DNA of 63,685 nt, counting the filler, from Candidatus Zhuqueibacterota bacterium (GTDB taxonomy: Bacteria > BS750m-G25): assembly GCA_016783505.1 (NCBI GenBank). It is 6 parts of 4 records of this genome, joined end to end, with 100 filler letters (N's around TTAATTAATTAA, not from the genome) between each part and the next. Parts side by side here need not be neighbours in the genome. Positions count along the whole stretch, not along the records: positions 33,304 to 46,835 come from JADHWK010000006.1; positions 46,936 to 53,678 come from JADHWK010000006.1; 4 more parts are not named here. One strand, written 5' to 3'. Below are positions 39,157 through 49,027 of this stretch, piece after piece. The notes under the pieces were generated by a model. It worked only from the letters and a program-made list of their open reading frames with translations, did no database searches and was not told where the DNA came from. Position numbers and translations under genes: made by a program. Position 1 is the stretch's first letter; every line of letters starts with the position of its first letter.

Positions 39157-41928
39157 TTGCTCGAGGTTCTAGTAGTGCCTGAAGAGATCGCTAAGGTTTA
39201 CAATCCTGAAGTAGTTGAGGATAAGTGGTATAAGTATTGGGAAGAAAAGGGCTATTTCCACGCCCGGGTGAACCCGGACAAAAAGCCATACACCGTGGTC
39301 ATCCCGCCCCCCAACATAACCGGCATGTTGACCATGGGGCACATCCTGAACAACACCATCCAGGACATCTTAATCCGATACAAGCGGATGTCCGGACATG
39401 AGGCCCTGTGGATGCCGGGCACCGATCATGCCGGCATCGCCACCCAGAACGTAGTGGAGAAGGAACTAGCCAGGGAAGGACTGACCCGTCATGATCTGGG
39501 CCGGGAGGGGTTAGTGCAAAGAATCTGGGAATGGCGGGAAAAATACGGGGGGATTATCTTAGAGCAACTCCGGAAGCTGGGGGCCTCCTGCGACTGGGAG
39601 CGGGAGCGGTTCACCATGGATGAGGGACTCTCCCGGGCGGTGCGGATGGTCTTCGTCAAGCTCTACGAAAAGGGGTTAATTTATAAAGGAAGTTATATTA
39701 TCAACTGGTGCCCCCGCTGTCAGACGGCCCTGTCCGACGAAGAGGCGGAGCACCGGGAGATGAAATCCCATCTGTGGTATATCAAATACCCGCTTAAGGA
39801 TGCCAGGGGTTTCATCGTGGTGGCCACTACCAGGCCTGAGACCATGTTGGGGGATACCGGGGTGGCGGTGAATCCGAAAGATAAAAGGTATCAGCAGCTA
39901 GTAGGGAAGAAGGCAATCCTGCCTTTGTTGAACCGGAAGATCCCCATCATCGCTGATGGATTTGTTGACCCGGCCTTCGGCACCGGAGCAGTGAAGGTGA
40001 CCCCGGCCCATGACCCCAACGATTTCGATGTGGGAAACCGGCATAACCTGCCCTTTATCTGCGTGATGAACGAAGACGGGACCATGAACGAAAACGCTGG
40101 ACCCAATTATCTTGGGATGGATCGGTTTGCCTGCCGGGAAGCTGTTCTGAAGGATTTAGAAAAGGATAAATTGGTGGCCAAAGTTGAGGATTATGCCCAT
40201 TCTGTGGGTCACTGCTACCGCTGTGGCACCATGGTGGAGCCCTATCTTTCTGAGCAGTGGTTTGTCCGCATGAAGCCGCTGGCTAAGAAAGCCATCGCCG
40301 CTGTCAGGGATGGGAGGGTCCGGTTTCATCCCAAGCGCTGGGAGAAGACCTATTTCCACTGGCTGGAGAACGTTCGAGATTGGTGCATCTCCCGCCAGAT
40401 CTGGTGGGGACACCGCTTACCTGTCTATTATTGCAGGGAATGCCAGGAAGAGACAGGAATGCGAAATTTAAAATTTAAAATGCAAAATGCAAAATCAAAA
40501 ATTCAAAAGTCAGGAATAGAAAAGGGTATAATTATAGCGAAGACAAAGCCGGAGAAATGCCCTTATTGCGGGGCAGGGGAGATTTATCAGGATGAGAATG
40601 TGTTAGATACCTGGTTTTCCTCGTGGCTGTGGCCCTTCTCCACCCTGGGGTGGCCGGAAGAAAACGAAGACCTGTCGTATTTTTTCCCCACCGACACCCT
40701 GGTCACCGCCCCCGACATCATCTTCTTCTGGGTGGCCCGGATGATCATGGCCTCCCTGGAATTTATGGGTGAGGCCCCCTTTCGGGATGTCTACTTCACC
40801 GGGATGATCCGGGACATCCAGGGCCGCAAGCTCAGCAAATCGTTGGGTAATTCCCCTGACCCTCTGGATGTCATCGCCTCCTATGGGGCCGACGCCCTCC
40901 GGTTTACTATGGTCAGTATCACCCCCCACGGCCAGGACCTCCTCTACGCCAATGAACTGGTGGAGATGGGCCGTAACTTTGCCAATAAGATCTGGAATGC
41001 TTCTAGGTTGATCCTGATGAATCTTAACGATGAGGACCTGCCCCTCTATGAACCGGAGGAATTAAAATCTGCCCCCTTGGAATTGATGGATCGCTGGATC
41101 TTGAGTCGGCTTCACCACACCATTGGATCGGTGACCCGGGCCCTGGACAACTACCGGTTCAATACGGCGGCCAAGGCCCTTTACCGCTTTTTCTGGGGGG
41201 ACTTCTGCGATTGGTATCTGGAACTGGTCAAGGGCCGGTGGTATAATCCCAGGGAAGAGCGGGACCGGAGGCTGGCCTTATCGGTGGCCCTGTCAGTTCT
41301 GGAAAGCGGACTAAAGTTACTCCACCCCATTATGCCTTTTCTGACCGAAGAAATCTGGGACAAACTTAGAGAAAAGGATCGGCCCTCTGACCGGTGTTGT
41401 CCCATAATTGTTTTCCCCTTTCCCAAAGCCCGAAAGCGCTGGATTGACCCCGGGGCGGAAGAGGAAATGGGTCTGATTCAGGGGGTGGTGGGGGCGGTAA
41501 GGAACATCCGGGGGGTGATGGGGGTGCCCCCGGGAAAGCTTGCCCGGCTTGTGGTGCGGGGGGGCGGGGAAAACCAATGGGATGTTCTTAAGGCCAATGA
41601 GTCCTATCTGATCCAGTTGGCCAAGCTGGAGGGGGTTAAGTTCGATGGGAAAGGAATCCCCCAGGCGGCCAGCGCGGTGGTGGAGGGTCTGGAAGTGCTG
41701 GTCCCCATGGAGGGCCTCATTGACATTAACGTAGAAAGGGCCCGGCTAGAGAGGGAATTGAAGCGTGTTCAAGTCCTGCTGAGTGGGGTAGACCAAAAAT
41801 TGGGCAATAAAGAATTTCTTAAGAAGGCGCCCAAGGGGATCATCGAAAGGGAGAGGAAAAAACAGCAGGATTACCGCCGAACCTGCGAAAAGATCAGGGA
41901 AAACCTGGCGATGATCAGTAACACTTAA
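39157..41928 (+). CDS. valS: Valine--tRNA ligase
   Basis: PPPNITG.LTMGH, GTDHAGIATQ, DWCISRQIWWGH, LDTWFSS, KLSKSLGN and a C-terminal coiled coil. The start may be GTG 39175. Confidence 0.98.
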   Translation: MLEVLVVPEEIAKVYNPEVVEDKWYKYWEEKGYFHARVNPDKKPYTVVIPPPNITGMLTMGHILNNTIQDILIRYKRMSGHEALWMPGTDHAGIATQNVVEKELAREGLTRHDLGREGLVQRIWEWREKYGGIILEQLRKLGASCDWERERFTMDEGLSRAVRMVFVKLYEKGLIYKGSYIINWCPRCQTALSDEEAEHREMKSHLWYIKYPLKDARGFIVVATTRPETMLGDTGVAVNPKDKRYQQLVGKKAILPLLNRKIPIIADGFVDPAFGTGAVKVTPAHDPNDFDVGNRHNLPFICVMNEDGTMNENAGPNYLGMDRFACREAVLKDLEKDKLVAKVEDYAHSVGHCYRCGTMVEPYLSEQWFVRMKPLAKKAIAAVRDGRVRFHPKRWEKTYFHWLENVRDWCISRQIWWGHRLPVYYCRECQEETGMRNLKFKMQNAKSKIQKSGIEKGIIIAKTKPEKCPYCGAGEIYQDENVLDTWFSSWLWPFSTLGWPEENEDLSYFFPTDTLVTAPDIIFFWVARMIMASLEFMGEAPFRDVYFTGMIRDIQGRKLSKSLGNSPDPLDVIASYGADALRFTMVSITPHGQDLLYANELVEMGRNFANKIWNASRLILMNLNDEDLPLYEPEELKSAPLELMDRWILSRLHHTIGSVTRALDNYRFNTAAKALYRFFWGDFCDWYLELVKGRWYNPREERDRRLALSVALSVLESGLKLLHPIMPFLTEEIWDKLREKDRPSDRCCPIIVFPFPKARKRWIDPGAEEEMGLIQGVVGAVRNIRGVMGVPPGKLARLVVRGGGENQWDVLKANESYLIQLAKLEGVKFDGKGIPQAASAVVEGLEVLVPMEGLIDINVERARLERELKRVQVLLSGVDQKLGNKEFLKKAPKGIIERERKKQQDYRRTCEKIRENLAMISNT

Positions 41929-41953
41929 CCGAGCACCGGAAATGGTAGATAGG

Positions 41954-41981
41954 GGCCAGTTTTTTCGCTGGCCTTTTTTTT
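41954..41981 (+). terminator. Intrinsic terminator after valS
   Basis: GGCCAG-loop-CTGGCC followed by T8. Confidence 0.75.
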
Positions 41982-42004
41982 GATAGAACATTACGAGAAA
42001 ACAC

Positions 42005-42084
42005 TTGACTTTATTAAATGAAAATTGTAAATTAGATTCAACGCAATGGCTTATACTATGTAATCACATAGACTATGTGTTTAC
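42005..42084 (+). promoter_or_regulatory. Sigma70-type promoter plus a palindromic operator-like site
   Basis: TTGACT-17-TAAATT (42005-42033) and palindrome GTAATCACATAG-A-CTATGTGTTTAC (42060-42084). Confidence 0.6.
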
Positions 42085-42098
42085 TTAACCTTTAATCC

Positions 42099-43232
42099 AT
42101 GGGCCAACTTTTTACATACAACGGTCCCGTAACGGGGACGGAACTGATCGGTCGGGATGGGATTATTGATGAAATCTTAGCTCACCTGAGGCGGGGACAA
42201 GAAGTTCTTGTCCTGGCCCCGAGGAAATACGGGAAGACGTCCATCCTTAAAGAAAGCCTGCGTCGGTTGCGTAAAGAGGGTTATCTAACCGGATTTGTGG
42301 ACACTTTTGAGTGCGCCTTCCAGGGGGAATTCGCCGGGAGGCTGGTGGAAGCGGTGTTGGCCAATGAGACCGGAAAGGTCAAAAATCTTGGGAAAATAGC
42401 GAGGCCCTTTCCCAATTCCCTTTTGAATAATACCCCGTTGGAGGATGCCTTATCCCGCTTTGGTGTTTTGCAGTCCCTGGGAATGAATGAGGGGGCCGAG
42501 GTTCAACGTCTTGGGGAGGTCTTGAATTTTCCCCAGCTATACGCCGAAGCCAAGGGGAAGAGGATGGTGTTTGCCATTGATGGGGTGGGGGAGGTAAGCC
42601 GGTGGAACGGTAAGTTGTTGGGATTGATGGAGACAACGTTAAAGAGGCATTCCCAGGTAACCTACCTTTTTTCGATGAACCAGGAAAGACAGAGACAGGC
42701 TGTCTATTCCCCAAAAACGGCCACGTTTTTTGGATCGGCCAAAGTGGTCGTAGTTCCCCTGTTGTCTGAGACCGCAGTTGCCCGTTATTTGATCCGAACC
42801 CTTCGTAGAGGGGGATTTCGGATCAGACTGGGGGTGGCCAAGTCAATTGCCAGGATGGTGGCTAGCCATCCCCATTATGTGAAGGTTCTGGCCCAGGCGG
42901 TCATTGACGCCCTGCCAGAGCAGAAGCGGATAATCGAAGAGGGGGATATTGACCCCGGCTATCGGTTGGCCCTGAACTACGTTCGGGGTGAACTAGAACA
43001 GGTATGGCTCAACCTGGGATCGGCCCCCTTTCAACGCCAGGTGGCCAAGGCCATGGCGGTGAACGGTGCCCTGCCTTATTCCAAGAAATTCTTCCCCCAG
43101 GTTGACAAAGCCCAGATATATTTTGCCCTCTCTGCGCTGGAACGTAAAGGGATCTTGAAGAAAGAAGCCCGGGGCTGCTATCGTTTTGTCAATCCCTTTT
43201 TCCCGGAATTTTTAAGGGAATTTGAAAGATGA
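42099..43232 (+). CDS. P-loop ATPase of the archaeal-ATPase/AAA type with C-terminal winged helix
   Basis: F...GPV....LIGR, Walker A APRKYGKT, degenerate Walker B FAIDG, HPHY and C-terminal LERKGIL....YRFVNPFF. Confidence 0.8.
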   Translation: MGQLFTYNGPVTGTELIGRDGIIDEILAHLRRGQEVLVLAPRKYGKTSILKESLRRLRKEGYLTGFVDTFECAFQGEFAGRLVEAVLANETGKVKNLGKIARPFPNSLLNNTPLEDALSRFGVLQSLGMNEGAEVQRLGEVLNFPQLYAEAKGKRMVFAIDGVGEVSRWNGKLLGLMETTLKRHSQVTYLFSMNQERQRQAVYSPKTATFFGSAKVVVVPLLSETAVARYLIRTLRRGGFRIRLGVAKSIARMVASHPHYVKVLAQAVIDALPEQKRIIEEGDIDPGYRLALNYVRGELEQVWLNLGSAPFQRQVAKAMAVNGALPYSKKFFPQVDKAQIYFALSALERKGILKKEARGCYRFVNPFFPEFLREFER

Positions 43233-43293
43233 ATCTTTAAAGAAATCCTCTGAAAAAGTGACAACTTGGAGATTAATAGGAGGAAATTTTAAG

Positions 43294-43398
43294 ATGTCAA
43301 AACAAGACCAAATAGCCGAATATTATGTTGAAGAGGCTTATCGAAATATCCAGGATGCTATTGAAAGCTGTCTTGAGGCCCTTCAGAAAGTGTGGTAA
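43294..43398 (+). pseudogene. Internally deleted HicB-like antitoxin remnant
   Basis: AGGAGG RBS, then MSKQDQIAEYY-VEEAYRNIQDAIESCLEAL. The central beta-strands are missing. Confidence 0.55.
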
Positions 43399-43506
43399 GG
43401 AAGAGCTTAGGTGAAAGCCGTTATCAATTGGGGGTCCCCTAATCGCATTGGTAAAGCTTAAAAGGTCATTAGAGAAGTTCATAAAAATTCTAACCAGGAG
43501 GTTGAC

Positions 43507-44859
43507 ATGAAAAAGCTATTTTTCATCGTCGCGCTGTTGTCCTTGATGACAGCGGTTCTGGCTCAGGAAAAGGGGGTGGCTATCACCATTTACAACCAGA
43601 ATCTGGGGCTGGTGAAGGAGGTGCGCCCAATGTTTTTTAAGAAAGGCATCAACGAGATGAAATTTCAGGATGTGGCCGCGAAAATAGACCCGACTTCCGT
43701 CCATTTTAAGTCGCTGACGGCGCCGGAAAAAGTTGCTATTCTGGAACAGAACTATGAATACGACCTGGTCAGCTCAAGCAAGCTGCTGAACAAGTACATT
43801 GATCAGGAGATCAAATTGTACACGGAAAAGGGAGATCTATTTCGGGGAAAGCTCCTTAATTCTTCACCCAAAGATGTCATTCTGGAGACCAAGGACGGGG
43901 GGATCCAGGTGATCTCTCAGGAAAATATCCGGGACATCAACTTTCCCCAACTCCCCGAGGGGTTGATTACCAGACCGACCCTGATCTGGCTGCTGGATTG
44001 CGAAAAGCAGGGTGACCATAAAGCTGAAGTAAGCTATCTCACTGATGGGATTAACTGGCATACCGAATACGTAGCGGTAGTGGATAAAGATGATAAAAAT
44101 CTTGAATTAGGGGGCTGGGTTTCCATTGACAACCGCTCGGGGGCAACCTATCAGGATGCCAAGGTGAAGCTGATGGCGGGAGAGATTCATCGGGTGAAAC
44201 CGAAAAGGTATCCCCGAGATAGAATTTTGGCCGAGAGCTTTGCTGCGAAAGCAGCCCCCCAATTCGTGGAGAAACCCTTTTTTGAATATCACCTGTATAC
44301 CCTTCAGAGAAAGACTACTATTAAAAATAATCAGATTAAGCAAATCTCATTGTTTCCTAACGCTCAGGTTAAAACGGATAAAATCCTCACTTACGATGGG
44401 GCAAAAGACAAGAAGAGCGTCCGGGTAAATCTGGAATTCATAAACAGCAAGAAGGCTGGGTTGGGTATCCCCCTGCCCGCGGGAAAGGTGCGGGTGTATA
44501 AGGAGGATGAGGATAAATCCCTGGAGTTCATCGGGGAGGATAAGATCGAACATACCCCGAAGGACGAGAAGGTGAGGGTGTTCGTGGGCAAGGCGTTCGA
44601 CGTGGTGGGGGAGCGGATTCAGACCGAGTATGAGCGGAAGGGGAAACGGGCCCGGGAAGAAGAATACGAGATCACCTTGAGAAATCATAAGGACAAAGAT
44701 GTGAATGTGGTGGTGGTCGAGCATCTTTATGGGGATTGGAAAATCTTGTCAAGTTCCCATACCTACAGAAAGAAGACCTCCACTGAGGTGGAGTTTCCCG
44801 TAACCGTTCAGGCCGGGGGGGAGGTTAAAATAACATATCGGGTGAGGTATAGATTTTAA
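43507..44859 (+). CDS. DUF4139 domain secreted protein
   Basis: Signal peptide, ITIYNQNLGLVKE, LEQNYEYDL, YHLYTL and GIPLPAGKVRVY. Confidence 0.88.
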   Translation: MKKLFFIVALLSLMTAVLAQEKGVAITIYNQNLGLVKEVRPMFFKKGINEMKFQDVAAKIDPTSVHFKSLTAPEKVAILEQNYEYDLVSSSKLLNKYIDQEIKLYTEKGDLFRGKLLNSSPKDVILETKDGGIQVISQENIRDINFPQLPEGLITRPTLIWLLDCEKQGDHKAEVSYLTDGINWHTEYVAVVDKDDKNLELGGWVSIDNRSGATYQDAKVKLMAGEIHRVKPKRYPRDRILAESFAAKAAPQFVEKPFFEYHLYTLQRKTTIKNNQIKQISLFPNAQVKTDKILTYDGAKDKKSVRVNLEFINSKKAGLGIPLPAGKVRVYKEDEDKSLEFIGEDKIEHTPKDEKVRVFVGKAFDVVGERIQTEYERKGKRAREEEYEITLRNHKDKDVNVVVVEHLYGDWKILSSSHTYRKKTSTEVEFPVTVQAGGEVKITYRVRYRF

Positions 44860-45010
44860 TCCAAAGCGAAAAAATCCGAAATTCCAATACCTGCCCGCCA
44901 CCCCGAGGACTCGGGGGCAGGTGTGTCGAAATCAGTCTGACGCCTGACCGATCCAAAACAAACTCAAAACCCGAATATCAAACGCTCAATCTATAAAAAG
45001 GAGAAGAGTG

Positions 45011-45214
45011 ATGAAATCTATGTCAATTGATTTACCGGATAACTTGGCCGTGGCAGTTCAGAGTTACGTAAAAGCCGGTTTTTTCCGTTCTGAATTAGAT
45101 GTTTTATTGGCTGCAATCTCTGAATTTGTCCGGAGGAACAGGATTGACCTAATGGAATGATTTGCCCGTGAAGATATCGAATGGGCAAAAAAGGGGGCCC
45201 GAAAAACCAAATGA
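45011..45214 (+). pseudogene. CopG/RHH-type antitoxin with an in-frame TGA at 45158
   Basis: MKSMSIDLPDNL...GFFRSE...MEUFAREDIEWAKK (U marks the TGA). The read-through frame ends in an ATGA overlap with the PIN gene. Confidence 0.7.
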
Positions 45215-45708
45215 GAATAATCGTTTGCGACGCTGGCCCGATCATTCATCTGCATGAAGCCGGTATTTTATCATTGTTTAAGAATGTGGGTGAGATTTTT
45301 TTGCCACATAGTGTATCAATGGAGGTTCTGGCTGCCACAGACCTTGCTGATAATTGGCCCGAATGGCTTCGAGTAGTTCAACTTGCTTCTTCTGAATTGA
45401 AAGAAGCCGAGATGTGGGCAAAGTTAGGAGATCTCCACGGGAGAGAGGCGGAGGCCTTTATTTTGGCTAGGACACAAAAAGCTGACTGGTTGCTGACAGA
45501 TGATTCGGCTGCGAGACTATTTGCTTCTCTATTAGGCGTAGAAGTGCACGGTTCTTTGGGTATTGTGCTTTGGAGTGTGGCTCAGGAACATCTGTCGCGA
45601 AGGCAAGCTGAACAAGCATTAAATAATCTTGAACGATCTTCCTTGTGGCTTTCTGCAAAGATATTTGATGAGGCACGAAAGGCACTCATTGATATGACAT
45701 CTTCCTGA
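45211..45708 (+). CDS. PIN-domain (DUF3368/COG2405-like) toxin
   Basis: MRIIVCDAGPIIHL, GREAEA, LLTDD..AR and GSLG. Confidence 0.85.
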   Translation: MRIIVCDAGPIIHLHEAGILSLFKNVGEIFLPHSVSMEVLAATDLADNWPEWLRVVQLASSELKEAEMWAKLGDLHGREAEAFILARTQKADWLLTDDSAARLFASLLGVEVHGSLGIVLWSVAQEHLSRRQAEQALNNLERSSLWLSAKIFDEARKALIDMTSS

Positions 45709-45753
45709 TAAGTAATCTATTCATCCTTACGTAGTCCATTACCGGGTGAAGTC

Positions 45754-46835
45754 GTGGTTGGAAACAGGCGGCAAAGTTCACCGGGGGTGTTGGATTCTCC
45801 CGTCCAATATGTAAAGGGCATAGGGCCCAAAAGGGCAGGCGTCCTGGGGCAGCATGGGGTTGAGACCGTTGCTGATCTTCTTTACTACCTCCCCCGGAAA
45901 TATCTGGACCGAACCACCATTACTAAGGTTAAAGACATCAAGGAAGGGGACGGGGAGATGACGGTGGTTGGCCGAGTGGAATCCTTCGGCATCAGGCGGG
46001 GGAGGAAACCCCGCTTCGTTCTCATCCTTTATGACAATACCGACTTCCTCACCTGTGTCTGGGTGGGTGGGGTTGACTACTGGAGGCATAAATTTCGTCC
46101 GGGGGAATTTTTGGCGGTGAGCGGTCGGCCCTCCTACTATGGGGGCTGGCAGATCTTCCATCCCGACTTCGACCGCCTGTCCGATGGGGAGGATGAGGAG
46201 CTGGTCAACACCGGGGCCATCATTTCCCTCTATCCATCCACGGCCCCGTTGAAGAAATTTTTTCTTACCAGCCGGGGCTTCCGCAGGGTGATTAAAGCCG
46301 CCTTAGACAGCACCCAAGGAAGGATCGGGGAGATCCTATCCGACGACATTATCAAACGGAACGGACTTTTTCCCCTAGAAGAGGCCTTAAATCAGGTTCA
46401 TTTTCCCGATGATCTTTATCACAAGGAGCAGGCCTGGAAAAGGTTGAAGTTCGACGAGCTGTTCTTCTTTCAATTGATGCTGGCCTATCGAAGGAAAAGA
46501 GTTAAGACGGACAAAAAAGGGATTTCGTTCCCCAAAGTAGGGGTTCTCACCCGGAGATTGATCAAGCACCTACCCTTCCAACTAACGGATTCCCAGCACA
46601 AGGTTCTGCGTGAGATTTACTCTGACATGAAAAGCCCCAGGCCGATGAATCGGCTGCTCCAGGGGGATGTGGGGTCGGGCAAGACCGTGGTGGCCTTAGC
46701 TGCCATGATCATTGCCGTGGAGAACGGCTATCAGGCGGCCCTGATGGCCCCCACCGAAATCTTAGCCGAGCAGCATCATCTCACCACCCACCGTTTCCTG
46801 GAGAATCTGGGGTTGAAAGTGGTGTTATTGATTGG
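45754..46835 (+). CDS. recG: ATP-dependent DNA helicase RecG, 3'-truncated
   Basis: VKGIGPKRA wedge domain, RLKFDELF, LPFQLT, RLLQGDVGSGKT and MAPTEILAEQH. Confidence 0.96.
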
Positions 46836-46935
46836 NNNNNNNNNNNNNNNNNNNNNNNNNNNNNNNNNNNNNNNNNNNNTTAATTAATTAANNNNNNNNN
46901 NNNNNNNNNNNNNNNNNNNNNNNNNNNNNNNNNNN
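46836..46935. other. Artificial contig linker
   Basis: N44-TTAATTAATTAA-N44. Confidence 0.98.
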
Positions 46936-46936
46936 T

Positions 46937-47974
46937 GAGATCTTCCGGTCCCGTGGGAAAGAAAGTGGGGAACCCGCTGAGCTCACTCGCACCGACCGGG
47001 ACATAAGGATGGCCACCGTGTTCGGGTGGATTTTGGGGGTGTCGTTTTTACTCTGGATCTATTTTCGCTTCGTGGTGCTGGTGGGCCAGACCAACCCTAC
47101 GGCCCTCTCCTTGGTCTCGATCCTGATAACCTTGGTGATCGCCTTCCTGTTTGCCTCGGTCTCGGCGTGGGCGGTGGCCATGATCAGCGTTACCCCCATC
47201 TCGGGGATGACGTTGATGACGCTCATAATCTCGGCGGTCCTTCTGTCCCAGCTCGGCCTGGGAGGTCCCGGGGGGATGCTGGCTACCCTCCTCATCGGTG
47301 GGGTGGTGTGCACGGCTCTCTCCATGACGGCCACCCTGGTGACCGAATTTAAGATCGGTTACTGGCTGGGGGCCACCCCCCGCACTATCCAGTGGTCAAA
47401 CATCCTCGCAGCAGTGGTATCCTCAGTTACGGTGACGGCGGTGATTATCCTTCTGGCCAAGGTGTATGGGTTTTCTCCCAGTGCTGTCCATCCCCAGCCG
47501 ATGCCCGCCCCCCAGGCCAATGCCATGGCGGCCGTCCTCTCCAGCCTCATGGGGGGAGGTCAGGCCCCCTGGTTCCTCTACGGGCTGGGGGTGGTGTTCG
47601 CCGTTATCGTGGAGATGGTGGGGGTTTCGGGGCTGGCCTTCGCCCTGGGAATGTACCTTCCCATCGAGCTCAACTCGCCCATCCTGATGGGGGCCATCGT
47701 CGCCTGGCTGGTCAAGAAATCATCCTCAGAAGAGGGGACCTCAAAGGCCCGCCATGATAAGGGGCTCCTGATCGCCTCGGGGCTGATCGCCGGCGGGGCC
47801 ATTATCGGGGTAGTATCGGCCCTCCTCAAATTTATCGAGGATAAATACCGGTTGGTCATCGTTCCCGACCTGGCCAATACCGGCCCCTGGGGCAACTGGC
47901 TGGGACTGGCGATGTTCTTAGGGCTCTGCGTCTATATCTACTGGGATTCCTGCCGGGCGAAGGGAAATAATTGA
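46937..47974 (+). CDS. OPT-family oligopeptide transporter, 5'-truncated
   Basis: PISGMT, KIGYWLGATP, PAPQA, LAFALGMYLP and GLLIASGLIAG. Confidence 0.92.
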   Translation, partial: EIFRSRGKESGEPAELTRTDRDIRMATVFGWILGVSFLLWIYFRFVVLVGQTNPTALSLVSILITLVIAFLFASVSAWAVAMISVTPISGMTLMTLIISAVLLSQLGLGGPGGMLATLLIGGVVCTALSMTATLVTEFKIGYWLGATPRTIQWSNILAAVVSSVTVTAVIILLAKVYGFSPSAVHPQPMPAPQANAMAAVLSSLMGGGQAPWFLYGLGVVFAVIVEMVGVSGLAFALGMYLPIELNSPILMGAIVAWLVKKSSSEEGTSKARHDKGLLIASGLIAGGAIIGVVSALLKFIEDKYRLVIVPDLANTGPWGNWLGLAMFLGLCVYIYWDSCRAKGNN

Positions 47975-48206
47975 CGGTGTCTAATCTCAAAAAACGGGGA
48001 TTTGATCTAACAGAGTTTGTAACCCTGTTTAGTATACCATTTTTCTAAACTTTTGATATTTCATCGGAAATTTGGGGTAAAAATGATTTTTTTGAAAGAC
48101 ACCGTCACAGACGGTGTCTGATTTGTTTTGTTAATATCCGATCAAACAGGGTTTGTAACCCTGTTTTGAAATTACTTTTCAAAAGTGAATTTATGGGGAA
48201 AAGGTT

Positions 48207-48791
48207 ATGAGAAGACATTGGTTTAAGGAAGATCAATATCCGTATTTCATCACTAACACCATTGTGGATTGGATAAATGTGTTTTATTACAAAAACACTA
48301 TAAATATCATTATTGACAGTTTTCATCATTTTCAAAGGGAAAGGGAAGTTGACTTTATTGCCTTTGGTATCATGCCCTCACATCTTCACTACATTCCTTT
48401 TCCTCGGAATCCTGACTATACTATTAGCCACATGCAGAGGGACTTCAAGAAGTTTACTTCAAAACGGATAGTGGAGTCTCTTCAAAATTCGGAATTAATT
48501 TTGTCACCATTTTTCCAGAGACTTTCGCCAAAATTGGAGGAAAGGGTGTCAATTCTTTTGACATTTGAGAGGGCAGGGAAGATCGCTAATCAGAATTTTA
48601 AAGTCTGGTTTTCCGATGACAAACCGGAGGTGATCCTGACGGAGCAATTTCTGCGTCAGAAGATCGAGTATATTCACAATAACCCTGTACAAAAAGGAAT
48701 TGTCATACATCCCTGGGAATATCCATATTCCAGTGCCAGAAATTATTTCCTGGATGATGAATCGTTTTTCAAGGTTCTGAAGGATTGGTGA
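48207..48791 (+). CDS. REP-associated tyrosine transposase (RAYT, Y1 HUH family)
   Basis: YFIT..IVDW..VF, HUH motif MPSHLH, DFKKFTSK and QKIEYIHNNPV..G......YPYSSA; flanked by REP hairpins. Confidence 0.93.
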   Translation: MRRHWFKEDQYPYFITNTIVDWINVFYYKNTINIIIDSFHHFQREREVDFIAFGIMPSHLHYIPFPRNPDYTISHMQRDFKKFTSKRIVESLQNSELILSPFFQRLSPKLEERVSILLTFERAGKIANQNFKVWFSDDKPEVILTEQFLRQKIEYIHNNPVQKGIVIHPWEYPYSSARNYFLDDESFFKVLKDW

Positions 48792-49027
48792 GTTGTTTAA
48801 GACACCGTCACAGACGGTGTCTAATCGAATAATGATACTGAAAAATACAGATCAAACAGGGTTTGTAACCCTGTTTGAAAAAAACCGATGTTTTGAATTT
48901 ACGGGAAATAAAAACAACTTGCTTTTCGAAAAGAAAATTATTAACTTGCAAAGGATCTTTAACAGAGGTGTTATAGAACAGAGTATCAAGAAATTTATAC
49001 CTATGATGACCAGTATGATCGGATCGA

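Noticed and set aside
45158-45160. In-frame TGA as selenocysteine or an alternative genetic code
   Set aside because: The position is not Cys-like, no SECIS-like hairpin is evident, and TGA is a normal stop for many genes here.
47973-48876. REP hairpins as a CRISPR array
   Set aside because: Two alternating inverted repeat types with irregular spacing, no cas genes, and an adjacent RAYT that explains them.
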